Part shown: positions 63,623 to 64,000 of the stretch, piece by piece | Position numbering within the stretch: position 1 is the stretch's first letter | Layout: each line of letters opens with the position of its first letter | Source: Eledone cirrhosa | Taxonomy: Eukaryota | Assembly: GCA_964016885.1 (NCBI GenBank) | Contig: OZ024744.1 | Span: forward strand, 53,506,001 to 53,570,000 | Direction of reading: 5' to 3' | Length of the DNA stretch: 64,000 nt | Position numbers and translations under genes: made by a program | The notes under the pieces: generated by a model | What the model was told of the DNA's origin: nothing | What the model saw: the letters and a program-made list of their open reading frames with translations, nothing else | Databases searched by the model: none

Positions 63623-63928
63623 GCTCCTTTTTGTTATTTATTTTTCCGTTAGTTTGAAAAGGAGGGAAGCGGTGGAGAATGCTTCTTTCTGCTCATAAAA
63701 AATGTTAAATTATTCTTCCCATCGACAAAGGTCATGTGACTTTTATGCCTCACATTAGGTTCTCTCCCCTTCCTTCTCTTGCTCTCGCTCCATCTTCCTC
63801 TTTTTGTAGCCCCCCCCCCCCCTCTTTCTCTCTCCATCTCTCTCTCTCTCTCGCATTGAGTATACACGCATGCGCAGGACACACAACACACATGCACAGA
63901 AACACACACACATACATCACACACACAC

Positions 63929-63959
<31 letters not shown>

Positions 63960-64000
63960 CATGCTCATCACTATCTACCGGTTTTACTTTCTCCATACGC

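Overview
This is repeat-saturated eukaryotic DNA, most likely a cephalopod (Octopus-like). That call is inferred from the SINE families and the (TA)n/(CA)n/(ATT)n microsatellite load. No host protein-coding exon or canonical RNA gene was recognised, and most ORF-track entries are microsatellite artefacts. The window opens with a ~2.9-kb 30-bp minisatellite. The rest is a nest of retroelements: at least six L1/Tx1-clade LINE copies (one near full length, 40770-46627), three R4/Dong-type RLE LINE families, two RTE LINE fragments, a CRE-clade 3' end, Penelope-like elements (PLEs), a tRNA-derived SINE (~9 copies) and Helitron-like elements. Three signals stand out. (1) About a dozen type I hammerhead-ribozyme motifs, including three ORF-less, (TA)n-flanked fold-back palindromes with a hammerhead on each strand. 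(2) A conserved GTAAGT splice-donor motif overlapping the Tx1 ORF1 stop, with an acceptor-like ORF2 stop, so ORF2 could be spliced out as an intron. (3) Strand-polarised stacking of Tx1/SINE versus R4/Dong elements in (ATT)n tracts. All calls were made by eye and family assignments rest on recalled motifs.
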